The notes: generated by a model not told the origin, from the sequence alone. Positions 35,844-45,197 are shown, counted from the stretch's first letter. The stretch is 64,000 bases of DNA from Deltaproteobacteria bacterium (GCA_034670305.1 JAXMNT010000014.1:64001-128000), one strand, 5' to 3'. Translations and numbers: made by a program.

Positions 35844-37729
35844 CCGATCTCCGGCTGCAGGTGGTAGGTGCGCTGCAGGGACGCGACCAGACCATCGACG
35901 AGATCGAGATCGCTCGCGTGGTACGCGAGCACGCTCTCGGTCGGGAGCGATGCGCCCTCGAGTGGCCGGGCGATCAGCAGGTACCCGCCGAGCTCGGTGA
36001 GCGCGAGCAGGAGCACCCGGTCCCGGATGCGCGGATCGTCCACCCGCAAGGTCCGCGGAGAAGCGCCGGTCGGCGCGGCGTTGGGATCGAGGACCCAGCC
36101 ACGCACCGGCCCGGTCTCGGCGACGTCGAGCGCTGCTTGCATCGCAATCGTCATCGAGCCGTCGCCCATCGCGTAGAGCACGCCGGGTGCCTTGTGGCGC
36201 ACCGCATCTTCGGTGAGCAACGACGAGATGCGGGGGAGCAGTCCGCGCGGAACCACCGCGTGGCACGAGCGGTGTCCATGCGCGCCGACCAGGTCGCGGT
36301 GCAGGGAGACCTCACCGTTCGGCAACACGGCGACGTCGTCGTCGGAGCCTAGGATCCGGTCGAGCGCGTCCCAGAACCCGAGGCCCGAGAGCCCCATGCG
36401 GCGCCACACGCCTTCTCGGCTTCGTTCGCTTCGGCGCCTCGAGACCCGCAAGAGCCGGCCGAGATCGCGCCCGTCGAGTGGATACACGGCGACGCCGCAC
36501 ACCAGGTCGAGTTGCGCATCCAGGATGCCGACATCGGTCAACATGGATGGGAGTTCGGCCAGCGACTCGAACCGCGCGAGGATGCGGCGGCGGGCGGCGA
36601 GCGCACCGAGCAAGCCCGTCTCTGGAAGGAGCAGGTAGAACTCGTCGTCCTCGACGCGCGCGAGCACATCCGAGTCGCGGACGGCGCTGAGCACTGCGTC
36701 GGTCACCAGCCGGCGAAGGTTCAGCCGTAGGTCGGGGGAGACGCGTTCGGCGATCTCTCCGATGCCTTCGAGGCCGATCGTGAGCAGTGCGAAACGCCGG
36801 TTGTGGCGCGCGGCGCGGTCGATCTCTCGGCCAGCGACGTCGCCGAAGTAGGCGAACGTGTACGCGCTGGTCTCGGGATCTTTGAGCCCCGTGCGCGCGA
36901 TCGCGTCCACCTTGCGCGCGCTCGCAAGCGCCGCGGTTCCGAGCGACGCGACGATCGTCAACGCTTCACGGCCGAGATCGTCGAGCGGCGTCTCGGGCAC
37001 GAGCACCGCACACGCGGAGGCATCGCGATCTCCGAGAAACAGGATTCGAATGACGTGGTCGTCTTCTTGAACCGGCTGGGTCGGATCGAGCGTGGCGAGC
37101 ACGGCGCCGTCCAGGTTGTTCGGCAGCTCGTCGCCTGCCGCGACGACCGAGGTGCGCACGTAGGTCGTGGCATTCGGGAAGGGCGGCACGTAGATCGCGC
37201 CCGCGGCGAGCGCGATCTCTTCGCTGCAGGTCTGGAGAATGCGCTCGGCCACCGAACGTGGATCGATCTCCGCGACGAACGCGGCGCAGCGTGCGTAGGT
37301 GGCCGTGCGCAGCCGACCCCATCGCGCTTCTTCACCGAGCTGCTTGCGCTGCTCCAGCAAGATGCGCCGCTCCCGGGCCCGCCCGACCGCCACGAGCAGT
37401 GCGTCTCCGGTGAGCGGACGCATCACCGTCTGCAACACGCCGAGCGCCATGGCATGAGAGGCCTCTTCGAGGTCCTGGGGCGTGGTGAGGACGATGACGT
37501 CTACGAGCGGATAGAGCGCGCGCAAGTGGTGCACGAGTGCGAGTCCGTCGCCCCGCGGCAGCGAGAGCGAGACGAGCGCGACGTCCACGTCTCCACGGCT
37601 GAGACGCTCGAGCGCATGGGGCACCTCGAGCACGACCTCGACCAGGTCGCCTCGGTCCTCCAGCACACTGGCCGCGAAACGTGCGTCTTGTCGCTCGGCG
37701 GCGACCACCAGGATGCGCAGCTGACTCAC
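35840..37729 (-). CDS. Pseudo-receiver + GAF-like + degenerate GGDEF domain protein
   Basis: GTG overlaps the dapF stop; KDPETSAY, RAARHNR, RDSD, ARVEDDEFYLLLPET, GVAVYP. Confidence 0.8.
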   Translation of the reverse strand: MSQLRILVVAAERQDARFAASVLEDRGDLVEVVLEVPHALERLSRGDVDVALVSLSLPRGDGLALVHHLRALYPLVDVIVLTTPQDLEEASHAMALGVLQTVMRPLTGDALLVAVGRARERRILLEQRKQLGEEARWGRLRTATYARCAAFVAEIDPRSVAERILQTCSEEIALAAGAIYVPPFPNATTYVRTSVVAAGDELPNNLDGAVLATLDPTQPVQEDDHVIRILFLGDRDASACAVLVPETPLDDLGREALTIVASLGTAALASARKVDAIARTGLKDPETSAYTFAYFGDVAGREIDRAARHNRRFALLTIGLEGIGEIAERVSPDLRLNLRRLVTDAVLSAVRDSDVLARVEDDEFYLLLPETGLLGALAARRRILARFESLAELPSMLTDVGILDAQLDLVCGVAVYPLDGRDLGRLLRVSRRRSERSREGVWRRMGLSGLGFWDALDRILGSDDDVAVLPNGEVSLHRDLVGAHGHRSCHAVVPRGLLPRISSLLTEDAVRHKAPGVLYAMGDGSMTIAMQAALDVAETGPVRGWVLDPNAAPTGASPRTLRVDDPRIRDRVLLLALTELGGYLLIARPLEGASLPTESVLAYHASDLDLVDGLVASLQRTYHLQPEIG

Positions 37730-38580
37730 GGGCTCCCGGTCGATTCGCGCGAAGCCCGAACGTAGGTTCCATCGAAGACGTGCCGCGCAGGTCCCCGCAT
37801 CACGATGGGGGCACCGGGCGCATCCACCCGCACCGTCAGCGCGCCGCCCGGCAGCCGAATGGTCAGGTCGGTTCCCCGTTCGGCGCGTCCGGTCTCCACC
37901 GCTGCCACCGCTGCCGCGCATGCACCGGTGCCGCACGCGCGGGTCCACCCGGCGCCGCGCTCGAGCACGTTGAGATCGATGTGACCAGCGGCCATCTGGG
38001 CGAAGCCGACGTTGACCCCCGCGGGGAACATCGGGTCGGTTTGCAGCTGGGGTCCGAGTGCGAGCCGGGCGTCGGTCTCGATCGGATCGAAGGTCACCGC
38101 GTGGGGGTTGCCCATGCCGACGGTCGTCCAGTGCAGCCCGAGCAGGTTGTCGTCGCGCAGGGCGCGTTTGCAAGGGATCGCCTCCGCCTCGAGCGTGGCG
38201 GGGCGCATGGCGATCTCGACCCACGCTGTCGCGTCGTCGTTGTCTTTGGACGCACCGTCGTACAGCTGGAGAACTTGGCCGCGGTGGGGTCCCGCATCGG
38301 TCGTCAGATCGACGGTCTCACCCATCGGCAAGACCCCGGTGCGGACCAGGTGCCAGACCACGCACCGCAGTCCGTTGCCACACATCTCGGCGACCGAACC
38401 GTCCGCGTTGAGCACCGTCATCGATGCGGGATCGGCGCCGACGCTCAGCACACCGTCGGCGCCTACGCCGAGGTTTCGGTCGCAGATCCGGATGGCCTCG
38501 TCGGGTGTGATCTCTTCGGCGGCGTCCACGACGACGAAATCGTTGCCCAGGCCTTCGTACTTCGAAAAGCGCAGCCCCAC
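37726..38580 (-). CDS. dapF: Diaminopimelate epimerase
   Basis: KYEGLGNDF, NADGSVAEMCGNGLRC, GNPHAV, ERGAGWTRACGTGAC. Confidence 0.96.
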   Translation of the reverse strand: MGLRFSKYEGLGNDFVVVDAAEEITPDEAIRICDRNLGVGADGVLSVGADPASMTVLNADGSVAEMCGNGLRCVVWHLVRTGVLPMGETVDLTTDAGPHRGQVLQLYDGASKDNDDATAWVEIAMRPATLEAEAIPCKRALRDDNLLGLHWTTVGMGNPHAVTFDPIETDARLALGPQLQTDPMFPAGVNVGFAQMAAGHIDLNVLERGAGWTRACGTGACAAAVAAVETGRAERGTDLTIRLPGGALTVRVDAPGAPIVMRGPARHVFDGTYVRASRESTGSP

Positions 38581-38631
38581 CCGAGGGTCGTACCATGGGC
38601 TCCCTCAGGCGTCCGCCGAAACCTGCGGGGA

Positions 38632-39900
38632 CTAGCGCACGGAGACGTAGGTGGTCCGTTCGTCCGGTGTCGGGAAGATCGCCGTCCAGCCCGGCGGCAG
38701 CGCCGGCTCGGTGAAATCGAACAGGACGCGCGCGTCGCGTGGGGCGAGGTTCACACACCCGTGGCTCTTCCGGCGGCCGAAGTCGTCGTGCCAGAACGCG
38801 GCGTGCAGCCCGTTCGCACCTTCGAAGTACTGAACCCAGGGCACCCGCTCGAGCGCGTAGTTGGACTCGAGGTCTTCGCGTTCGAGGTTGTCCATGTCCG
38901 AGAAAGCGAGCTTCACCCAGAGCCGGTGCACGCCTTCCGGCGTCGCGTGGCTCGGACGGTTCTTCCCGGTGCTGACCAACGTGGCGTAGACCGGTTGGTC
39001 CCCGCGGTACGCAACCGCGGTCTGCGCGTCGACGTCGACGTCGATCCAGGTCCCGTCTTCGGCCACGCCTTCGGGGCGTTCGGCCGGTGCGGCGACGACG
39101 ATGTCGCGGGTCCGCACGAAGGTGCCATCGGTGAGTTCGGTCCAACCGCGCTCGGTGGCCCGCACGTGGAGCACTTCACGGGCGCCCGCCCGACGCACGA
39201 CCCGGCCTCCCCGCCGTTCGTGCATGCGGGCACCGCGTCGACCGACCCACGCGATGTCGAGCGGGGTGCCAGGCTCGATGGCGACTCCGCCGAAGTCGCT
39301 TCCGCGGGCGCGGCGGAGCGCGTCGGACTCCACGTAGAGCCCGCGCCGGGTGCGCGCGAACGGCACGCCGCGGTGCATCTCGTGACGCCGGACGATCACC
39401 CCGAAACCGGCACCCATCGCCTCGACGTACTCGTCGGTGAAGTAGTCCTCCGGGCGGGCGAAGGCGCGCGTCCCGTCGACCGCAACGAACGCGTATTCGT
39501 GGGGGAGCAGTTCGCCCTCCGGCATGTTCGGGTGCGTGTGGGTGTGCGGCCGCGCGGAGGTGTACCGGACGTGCTGCTCGCACACATAGGTGGACGGCGC
39601 GATCTCCGCCCACGCGCTGTCGCACCCATCGGACGCGATGCGCCGGCCGACCGGGAAGCGGGCGCCGCGGGCCAACGTGCCGCGTCGGGTGGCCCCTCTG
39701 CGTGGGGCCAAAAAGACGGGCGCGTCCGCGTTGATGATCTCGAGGCTGTGGGTGCCCGAAGGCGGCGGCGGCAGGACCAGCTGCCTCGCACCAGCCGACT
39801 GCGCCGGCGCCTCGGTCGGCTGGAGCAGCACAGCACACAGCGCGCACAACACCGCCAGCGTGCCCGCTGCAGAAGGTCCACTCGTCCGGCTCGATCGCAT
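38632..39900 (-). CDS. L,D-transpeptidase (YkuD family)
   Basis: LVSTG, TPEG, GLHAAFWHDDFGRRKSHGCVNL; signal peptide. Confidence 0.92.
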   Translation of the reverse strand: MRSSRTSGPSAAGTLAVLCALCAVLLQPTEAPAQSAGARQLVLPPPPSGTHSLEIINADAPVFLAPRRGATRRGTLARGARFPVGRRIASDGCDSAWAEIAPSTYVCEQHVRYTSARPHTHTHPNMPEGELLPHEYAFVAVDGTRAFARPEDYFTDEYVEAMGAGFGVIVRRHEMHRGVPFARTRRGLYVESDALRRARGSDFGGVAIEPGTPLDIAWVGRRGARMHERRGGRVVRRAGAREVLHVRATERGWTELTDGTFVRTRDIVVAAPAERPEGVAEDGTWIDVDVDAQTAVAYRGDQPVYATLVSTGKNRPSHATPEGVHRLWVKLAFSDMDNLEREDLESNYALERVPWVQYFEGANGLHAAFWHDDFGRRKSHGCVNLAPRDARVLFDFTEPALPPGWTAIFPTPDERTTYVSVR

Positions 39901-39955
39901 CCGCCCGCAGTATAGGAACCGATCTCCCAGCCCCCAACTTCCGATCTTTTCTTGC

Positions 39956-40037
39956 CACTACGGGCCTGGCTCGCTTCGCGAGACTGGCGGCCCTATGTTC
40001 GCGCCGCACCACCGAGGGCAAGGGCAAGGGCAAGGGG
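39956..40037 (+). repeat. Repeat module A plus (AGGGCA)n hexamers
   Basis: CACTACGGGCCTGGCTCGCTTCGCGAGACTGGCGGCCCTATGTTCGCGCC followed by AGGGCAAGGGCAAGGGCAAGGGG. Confidence 0.85.
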
Positions 40038-40041
40038 TGTG

Positions 40042-40968
40042 TCAGGGGTCGGTGTGGGCGCCGCGGGCTTCGGCCGCCGGTCCACCGGACCGCACGCCGA
40101 GCCGCTCCGCCCACGCTCGGTCGACATCGATGTCGAGGGCGCGGAGCTTGGGAAAGATCTCGGCCTCCAACGTCGCGTAGAAGATCGCGGCGAACTGCTC
40201 GGTCGTGAGCGTGCCGAGGTTGGGTTCTTCGCTGGCCTCGATCACCACTTCACGCCCCGCGAGATCTTCGATGCGGAGCTCGCCGCAGGTCGTGTGCTCG
40301 AAGCCGGCGAGCGCCCGGCTCAACCGCGTGTGGGCGGAGGCGCGCTCCTCTGCATCCAGTGTCGGCCACAACACCTCGAGTGCCTCCCAGCCGAAGCTCG
40401 CGTGAAACTGCTCGTCCTTGAGGATCTGCTCGGCACAGAGGATCGCGACCGGGTCGGTCGACACCAGCGCGACCGCATCCAGCATCGGGCGGCTCAACGA
40501 CTCCCCGATGCAACATGCGGTCAGCACGGCGCGCGCGGCCCACCCCCGCACGGCGTGCTCGTGCGCTGGGTCGGGGGTGACCTCCGACCCGAGCTGCGGT
40601 GCGCCTGGCCAGGGTGCGCGCGGGGTTCGCCAGTTGAAGAAGCCAGGCTCGTCCGCACCCTCGGGATAGAACGTCTTCGCGGCGGTCGCGCACAACTCGA
40701 TGTGGCGGACCTCGTCGGTGATCAGTCGGGAGAGCCCGCCGAGCATCTCCATCGGCGCCCGCGCTTCGCAGAGCGCGTGCAGCAGCGCGGAGAACTGGTG
40801 CACCGATCCATGTTCCGCTTGGGCACGGCTGACCCAGTGCCAGCCCGCATGTCGACGCAGTTTGACGTCGTAGCGCGAAGGATCGAACGCCTCGAACTCC
40901 GGCCAGGGGTCGCGGTGCACCTGGAAGCGGTGCATCGCACCAAGCGCCCGCGTGGTCGGCGCGAGCAT
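40042..40968 (-). CDS. Ferritin-like di-iron domain protein
   Basis: RAQAEHGS, DEVRH, CCIGES, DEQFH: four-helix E/ExxH/E/ExxH pattern; start 40968 or 40935. Confidence 0.8.
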   Translation of the reverse strand: MLAPTTRALGAMHRFQVHRDPWPEFEAFDPSRYDVKLRRHAGWHWVSRAQAEHGSVHQFSALLHALCEARAPMEMLGGLSRLITDEVRHIELCATAAKTFYPEGADEPGFFNWRTPRAPWPGAPQLGSEVTPDPAHEHAVRGWAARAVLTACCIGESLSRPMLDAVALVSTDPVAILCAEQILKDEQFHASFGWEALEVLWPTLDAEERASAHTRLSRALAGFEHTTCGELRIEDLAGREVVIEASEEPNLGTLTTEQFAAIFYATLEAEIFPKLRALDIDVDRAWAERLGVRSGGPAAEARGAHTDP

Positions 40969-40982
40969 GCTGTCGAGGTCGG

Positions 40983-41420
40983 TCAGGGCGGACCTGGCGC
41001 GTAGGGCATCAACAGGAGGTTGGGGTCGGTCACTTCTTGGGTGGCCGTCGGTTCGGTTGCACCGGCTTCTGCACCTGCGGGCGCCGGCGGGGGTTCCTGC
41101 CTGGCCGGGGTGTTCACGGTCGGCATCTCCTCGGGCGCGGGTGGGGTCTCTCCGATCGGGGGCGGCGGCTCGACCACGGGGTTGGAAGTCTCGACGGTCT
41201 CTGGCTCCGGGTCGGCCGGGACGTTGACGTGGGGAGGCGCGGGCGTGTTGACCATGTCCCGTTCGGTCGGACCACATCCGACCGCGAGCCCACCGGCAGG
41301 CGCGGCCACGAGAAGCGCCGTGCCGATCGCGAACCGGAGCCGCTTGCGCTTCTTCGCGCGGGCGGGCGCCCTGCGCGTCTGTTTCTTCTGCGATGGCTGC
41401 TTGCTGCGTGTCTTGTTCAT
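40983..41420 (-). CDS. Pro/Glu-rich lipoprotein with repeated Asn motifs (paralog 2)
   Basis: Basic N-region, KKRKRLRFAIGTALLVAAPAGGLAVGC; VNTP, VNVP, SNPV, VNTP; ends MPYAPGPP. Confidence 0.75.
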   Translation of the reverse strand: MNKTRSKQPSQKKQTRRAPARAKKRKRLRFAIGTALLVAAPAGGLAVGCGPTERDMVNTPAPPHVNVPADPEPETVETSNPVVEPPPPIGETPPAPEEMPTVNTPARQEPPPAPAGAEAGATEPTATQEVTDPNLLLMPYAPGPP

Positions 41421-41520
41421 GCGTCTTCCCATCCCAGCGGCGGTGAATTGGCCAAGAGTCCGGTGAAAGACCGCTCTCGACAACGCTTGGAGCCGACGCT
41501 CGCGCCTCCGGGATCGTCGC

Positions 41521-41997
41521 TCAAAGCTCGGGTTCGTCGCGCGACGGGCGCACGTTGGTGCGCTCCTGTGGCGGGGGCGGAAGGACCATCGGGACCGGGT
41601 TGCTCCTGTGCGTCGGGGTGGTGCCCCTCCCATCGTCCACGGGCTCTGTTTCGGGATCGGTCTCGGGCTCAGGCTCGGTCTCCGGCTCCACCACGGGCGG
41701 CGGTTCCTCGCCGGTTGGGTTGGCCGTCTCCATGGGCTCGATCGGCACGACCGGGTTGGAGGTCTCCACGCTCTCCGGTTCCGGATCCGGCGGCACGTTG
41801 ATGTTCTCCGGCGCAGGCGTATTGACCATGTCCCCCTCGTCGGGGCCACAGCCCACCGCGAACCCGCCGGCCGGCGCCGCCACGAGGAGCGCGGTGCCGA
41901 TCGCGAAGCGGAGGCGCTTGCGCTTCTTCGGCCGAGCCGCCGCCTCGCGGGTCTGCTTCTTCTTCTGCGATGGCTTCTTGGTGCGTGTCTCGCTCAT
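41521..41997 (-). CDS. Pro/Glu-rich lipoprotein with repeated Asn motifs (paralog 1)
   Basis: Nearly the same leader KKRKRLRFAIGTALLVAAPAGGFAVGC; VNTP, INVP, SNPV, ANPT, SNPV, TNVR. Confidence 0.75.
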   Translation of the reverse strand: MSETRTKKPSQKKKQTREAAARPKKRKRLRFAIGTALLVAAPAGGFAVGCGPDEGDMVNTPAPENINVPPDPEPESVETSNPVVPIEPMETANPTGEEPPPVVEPETEPEPETDPETEPVDDGRGTTPTHRSNPVPMVLPPPPQERTNVRPSRDEPEL

Positions 41998-42091
41998 GCG
42001 TGCTCCCCGATGACCCACGCGCGGTGGGTGTTGGTCGATGGTCCAGGGAAAGACCCTTCTCGGCAAGCATGTCTTGGGATAGACGGTCGCG

Positions 42092-42316
42092 ATGGAACTC
42101 TCAGACGACGAGCGTGAAGAGCTGCGCGAGATCTTCGACCACTTCGACACCGACTCGAACGGGGTCATCGACCGGGAAGAGTTCCGGAAGATGCTCCTGA
42201 GCATGGACGGCAAGTTTCCCGAGAGCGACATCGCGCAAGGGCTGATGGCGCTCGACGGAGACTCGAACGGCGTGATCGACTGGGACGAGTTCGTCGAATG
42301 GTGGTGCGGCCGCTAG
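42092..42316 (+). CDS. Two-EF-hand calcium-binding protein (half-calmodulin-like)
   Basis: DTDSNGVIDREE and DGDSNGVIDWDE canonical loops. Confidence 0.9.
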   Translation: MELSDDEREELREIFDHFDTDSNGVIDREEFRKMLLSMDGKFPESDIAQGLMALDGDSNGVIDWDEFVEWWCGR

Positions 42317-42408
42317 CAGGTCGCTGAAGAGCGACCTGCTCCCTTGCCGTTGCCCGTGCCCGTGCCCTTGCCCGCGTCGTGGACGCCGTGTGTTTCGCGA
42401 CGGCCTAG
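42313..42408 (+). mobile_element. Truncated copy of the CTAG-bounded MITE-like element
   Basis: CTAGCAGGTCGCTGAAGAGCGACCTGCTCCCTTGCCGTTGCCC...GCGTCGTGGACGCCGTGTGTTTCGC nearly identical to 4610-4695; CTAG at both ends. Confidence 0.7.
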
Positions 42409-43919
42409 AAGCCGGCGTCGCCGGGCTGGCCTTCGACCGGCTCCGAACCCGCGGCATCTTCGACGGGCTCCGAACCCATGCCGCCCTCGACCGGTTCCGA
42501 ACCCGCGCCGCCTTCGACCGGGCCCGTGCCCGTGTCGCCGAATGCCGGTGCGGCCTCGGGCTGCGCGACTTCGGGCTCCGGCTCCGGTGTGATGTCGGGC
42601 TCCGGCTCGACTTCGGGCTCCGGCTCCACGAACGCCGACGATCGGTACTCCACGCCGCCCTCGCCTTCGCGGGTTTCACCGCGGCCGAAGTGGTAGGAGA
42701 AGTCGACGTAGATGCCGCTGAGCTTGATGGAGTACTCGCCGGCTTCACCGCACGACAGGCACCCATCGCGTCCATCGATGTCCTCCGGCGTGATCGTCGT
42801 GCTGCCGGTTCGGAAGGCGTACGCCACGTTCAGCTGCCAGGGGCCGGCGTTGTAGCCGAGTCCTGCCGTCGCGACGTAGGTCGGCGCAGGCGGGGTGCCG
42901 AACGCGGTCGGGTACGCGCGGTTCGACGTCTGCTGGTCCCAGATGAAGCCGAGCCGAATCGGCAGCTTGCCTTCGAGCAACCGGTACTCGGCGCCGAGGC
43001 GCACGGTCCAGGCGTTGGTCCAGTCCGAGATCTGCGTCACGTCGATGACGCCGCGGCCGCCCGCCTCTTCGAGTTGGCCGCGCGGGTTCTGCGACTGCAG
43101 CCCGTACTCGGCGTCCACGGCCACGCCGAACGCGCCGTAGTCCATGCGGCCGCCCATGCTCAAACGACTCGGCAGGGTGAAACTCCCGACCCAGGCGGTC
43201 TCGGCGCTCTCGTCGAAGAGGAAACCCTGCCCCTCCACGTCGGTGGTGGTCTTGTGGCGGTACGCGAGACCGACCGAGAAGTGGTCGAGGAACTTGTACT
43301 GGGCGCCGACCCGAAAGCCGGCGTAGCTCAGCCCGGACAGATCGAACGCGGCCGCGGTGCCCTGGTCTCTCGACCGGTCAAGGCTCGCGTAAGTCACGCG
43401 GTAGCCCGCACCAAAGCTGAGCCCGGTGTCCGGGATCTCGACCGCGACGCCCGGAGAGATCTCCAGGAAGAAGAGCGTCGTCTGGTCGATGCCTCCGTCG
43501 TACTCGTACGTCGCGCCAGCCGACGCGACCGGATACACCGCGAGCCCGACCGTGAGCCAGTCGGTGATGCGACCGGAACCACCCACGAGGAAGAACGGAC
43601 CGACCGTCGTGTTCGACGTGAGGTTCTGGTTGTCCTCGGCCGGGTTGCCCGTGATGGTCCCGACGAGGAGCGAGAAGTCGCCCATCAACGTCAGCCGATC
43701 GGTGCCGCTGAGCCCTGCCGGGTTGTGAAAGAGCGCCGAAGGATCGTCGACGTACGAAACCGCGGTGCCACCCATGCCCATGTGGCGCGCGGAGTAGAGC
43801 ATCGGGGTGTCGTACCCGCCCGCCTTCGCCTGCGAGGGCGCGAGCAGTCCCACCGTGGTGAGTGCGAAGAGGGCCGCGGCCATCCACCGGGCCGGCGTCG
43901 CGGCTGTTGCGTTCATCAT
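42405..43919 (-). CDS. FadL/OmpP1/TodX family outer-membrane transporter
   Basis: AKA|GGY, SARHMGMGG, DDPSALFHNPAGL; barrel strands; acidic C-terminal extension. Start may be 43946. Confidence 0.85.
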   Translation of the reverse strand: MMNATAATPARWMAAALFALTTVGLLAPSQAKAGGYDTPMLYSARHMGMGGTAVSYVDDPSALFHNPAGLSGTDRLTLMGDFSLLVGTITGNPAEDNQNLTSNTTVGPFFLVGGSGRITDWLTVGLAVYPVASAGATYEYDGGIDQTTLFFLEISPGVAVEIPDTGLSFGAGYRVTYASLDRSRDQGTAAAFDLSGLSYAGFRVGAQYKFLDHFSVGLAYRHKTTTDVEGQGFLFDESAETAWVGSFTLPSRLSMGGRMDYGAFGVAVDAEYGLQSQNPRGQLEEAGGRGVIDVTQISDWTNAWTVRLGAEYRLLEGKLPIRLGFIWDQQTSNRAYPTAFGTPPAPTYVATAGLGYNAGPWQLNVAYAFRTGSTTITPEDIDGRDGCLSCGEAGEYSIKLSGIYVDFSYHFGRGETREGEGGVEYRSSAFVEPEPEVEPEPDITPEPEPEVAQPEAAPAFGDTGTGPVEGGAGSEPVEGGMGSEPVEDAAGSEPVEGQPGDAGF

Positions 43920-43994
43920 GCGTTCATCCTCGGTGTCTCGGGTCATGGCCGCCCGAGCCTAGCACTGCCGACCGCCCACGCGATCCGCCAGCTT

Positions 43995-44138
43995 GGCTTC
44001 GGCTTCTTCGGCTTCGGCTCCGGCGTCGGCGTCGGCGTCCGCGTCGGCTTCGGCTTCGGCGTCGGCTTCGGCGTCGGCTTCGGCGTCGGCGTCGGCTTCG
44101 GCTTCGGCGTCGGGTTGCGGCTTCGGCGTCGGCTCCGG
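43995..44138. repeat. Intergenic hexamer array (GGCTTC/GGCGTC)n
   Basis: About 20 imperfect units between divergent genes. Confidence 0.9.
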
Positions 44139-44252
44139 CCGCCAACGGCGGCGCATCTGGGCCCGTCTGGTTGACCGTTGGCGGTTGAAAGGCGAGGTTG
44201 CGGCGGTCAATCCGGTCCGCACCGCACCAGGACCGCAGAGGGTGGAGTCGCC

Positions 44253-45197
44253 ATGATCAGGGTCTGCAAGTCGTCGTTCGTTCTCATTGCCGCCTTCGGG
44301 CTCGTCGCCTGTGGCGCGAACGATGGGCGCCGCCCGACCCGCGACGGCGGCGTTTCGGACGGAGCCGCCGGCGATGCGATGCGGCGGGACGTGGGTGAGT
44401 GCGAGCCGACCGGCAACGAGGGCACCGTCGAGACCTGCACGGACGGGCTCGACAACAACTGCGACGGCCGCCTGGACTGCAGTGATCTCGCCTGCTCCGG
44501 CGTCGGCGAATGTCCGGTGTGCGGCGAGGTCGAGACCCCGCTGGGCGCACCGCTCGCGCTGCCGGACGGGGTCGGCGGCACCGACTGCACCTCGGATGCG
44601 TCCTGCCCCGGCGAGCAGCGCTGCTTCACGACCGATGCCCCCGACATGGAGTGCCGCGAGTCGTACCGCTCGACGCTCGACTTCATCGGCTTCGGTCCCG
44701 CCATCTTCGACTCCGTGAACGACATCCGCTCGGTCTGCGTGACGATGGAGCACTCCTGGCTCCGCGACCTCGAGATCACGCTCGAAGCCCCGAACGGCCA
44801 GCGGGTCCGTCTGCAGGAGTTCCTCGGCCAAGAAGGCGGCGAGATCTACCTTGGCCAGGCCGACGACTGCGACGACAGCGGTTCCCCCACGCCGGGCACC
44901 GGCGCGCACTACTGCTGGACCCCGACCGCGACCCGCCAATCGATGCTCGACTACGCCAACGCGGGCGGCGCGATGGACTCCGCACCCGACTGCCTCTTCG
45001 GAGGCGACACCGACATGATGCCGCCGGGCGACTACTCGGCCGCCGACGACTGGTCCAACCTCATCGGCACTCCGCTGAACGGCAACTGGACCCTCTCGGT
45101 CACCGATCTCTGGGGCAGCGACAACGGCTACATCTTCGACTGGTCGATCTCGTTCGACCCCGTGACCGTCGAAGACTGCTCGTCACCGCTTATCTAA
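44253..45197 (+). CDS. Lipoprotein with proprotein-convertase P-like domain
   Basis: Lipobox LVAC; ETCTDGLDNNCDG motif; HSWLRDLEITLEAPNG, NGNWTLSVTD..DNG. Confidence 0.8.
   Translation: MIRVCKSSFVLIAAFGLVACGANDGRRPTRDGGVSDGAAGDAMRRDVGECEPTGNEGTVETCTDGLDNNCDGRLDCSDLACSGVGECPVCGEVETPLGAPLALPDGVGGTDCTSDASCPGEQRCFTTDAPDMECRESYRSTLDFIGFGPAIFDSVNDIRSVCVTMEHSWLRDLEITLEAPNGQRVRLQEFLGQEGGEIYLGQADDCDDSGSPTPGTGAHYCWTPTATRQSMLDYANAGGAMDSAPDCLFGGDTDMMPPGDYSAADDWSNLIGTPLNGNWTLSVTDLWGSDNGYIFDWSISFDPVTVEDCSSPLI

Noticed and set aside
43924-44256. Short (AS)n, (EA)n or Arg-rich ORFs
   Set aside because: Translations of the intergenic hexamer array with no other coding support.
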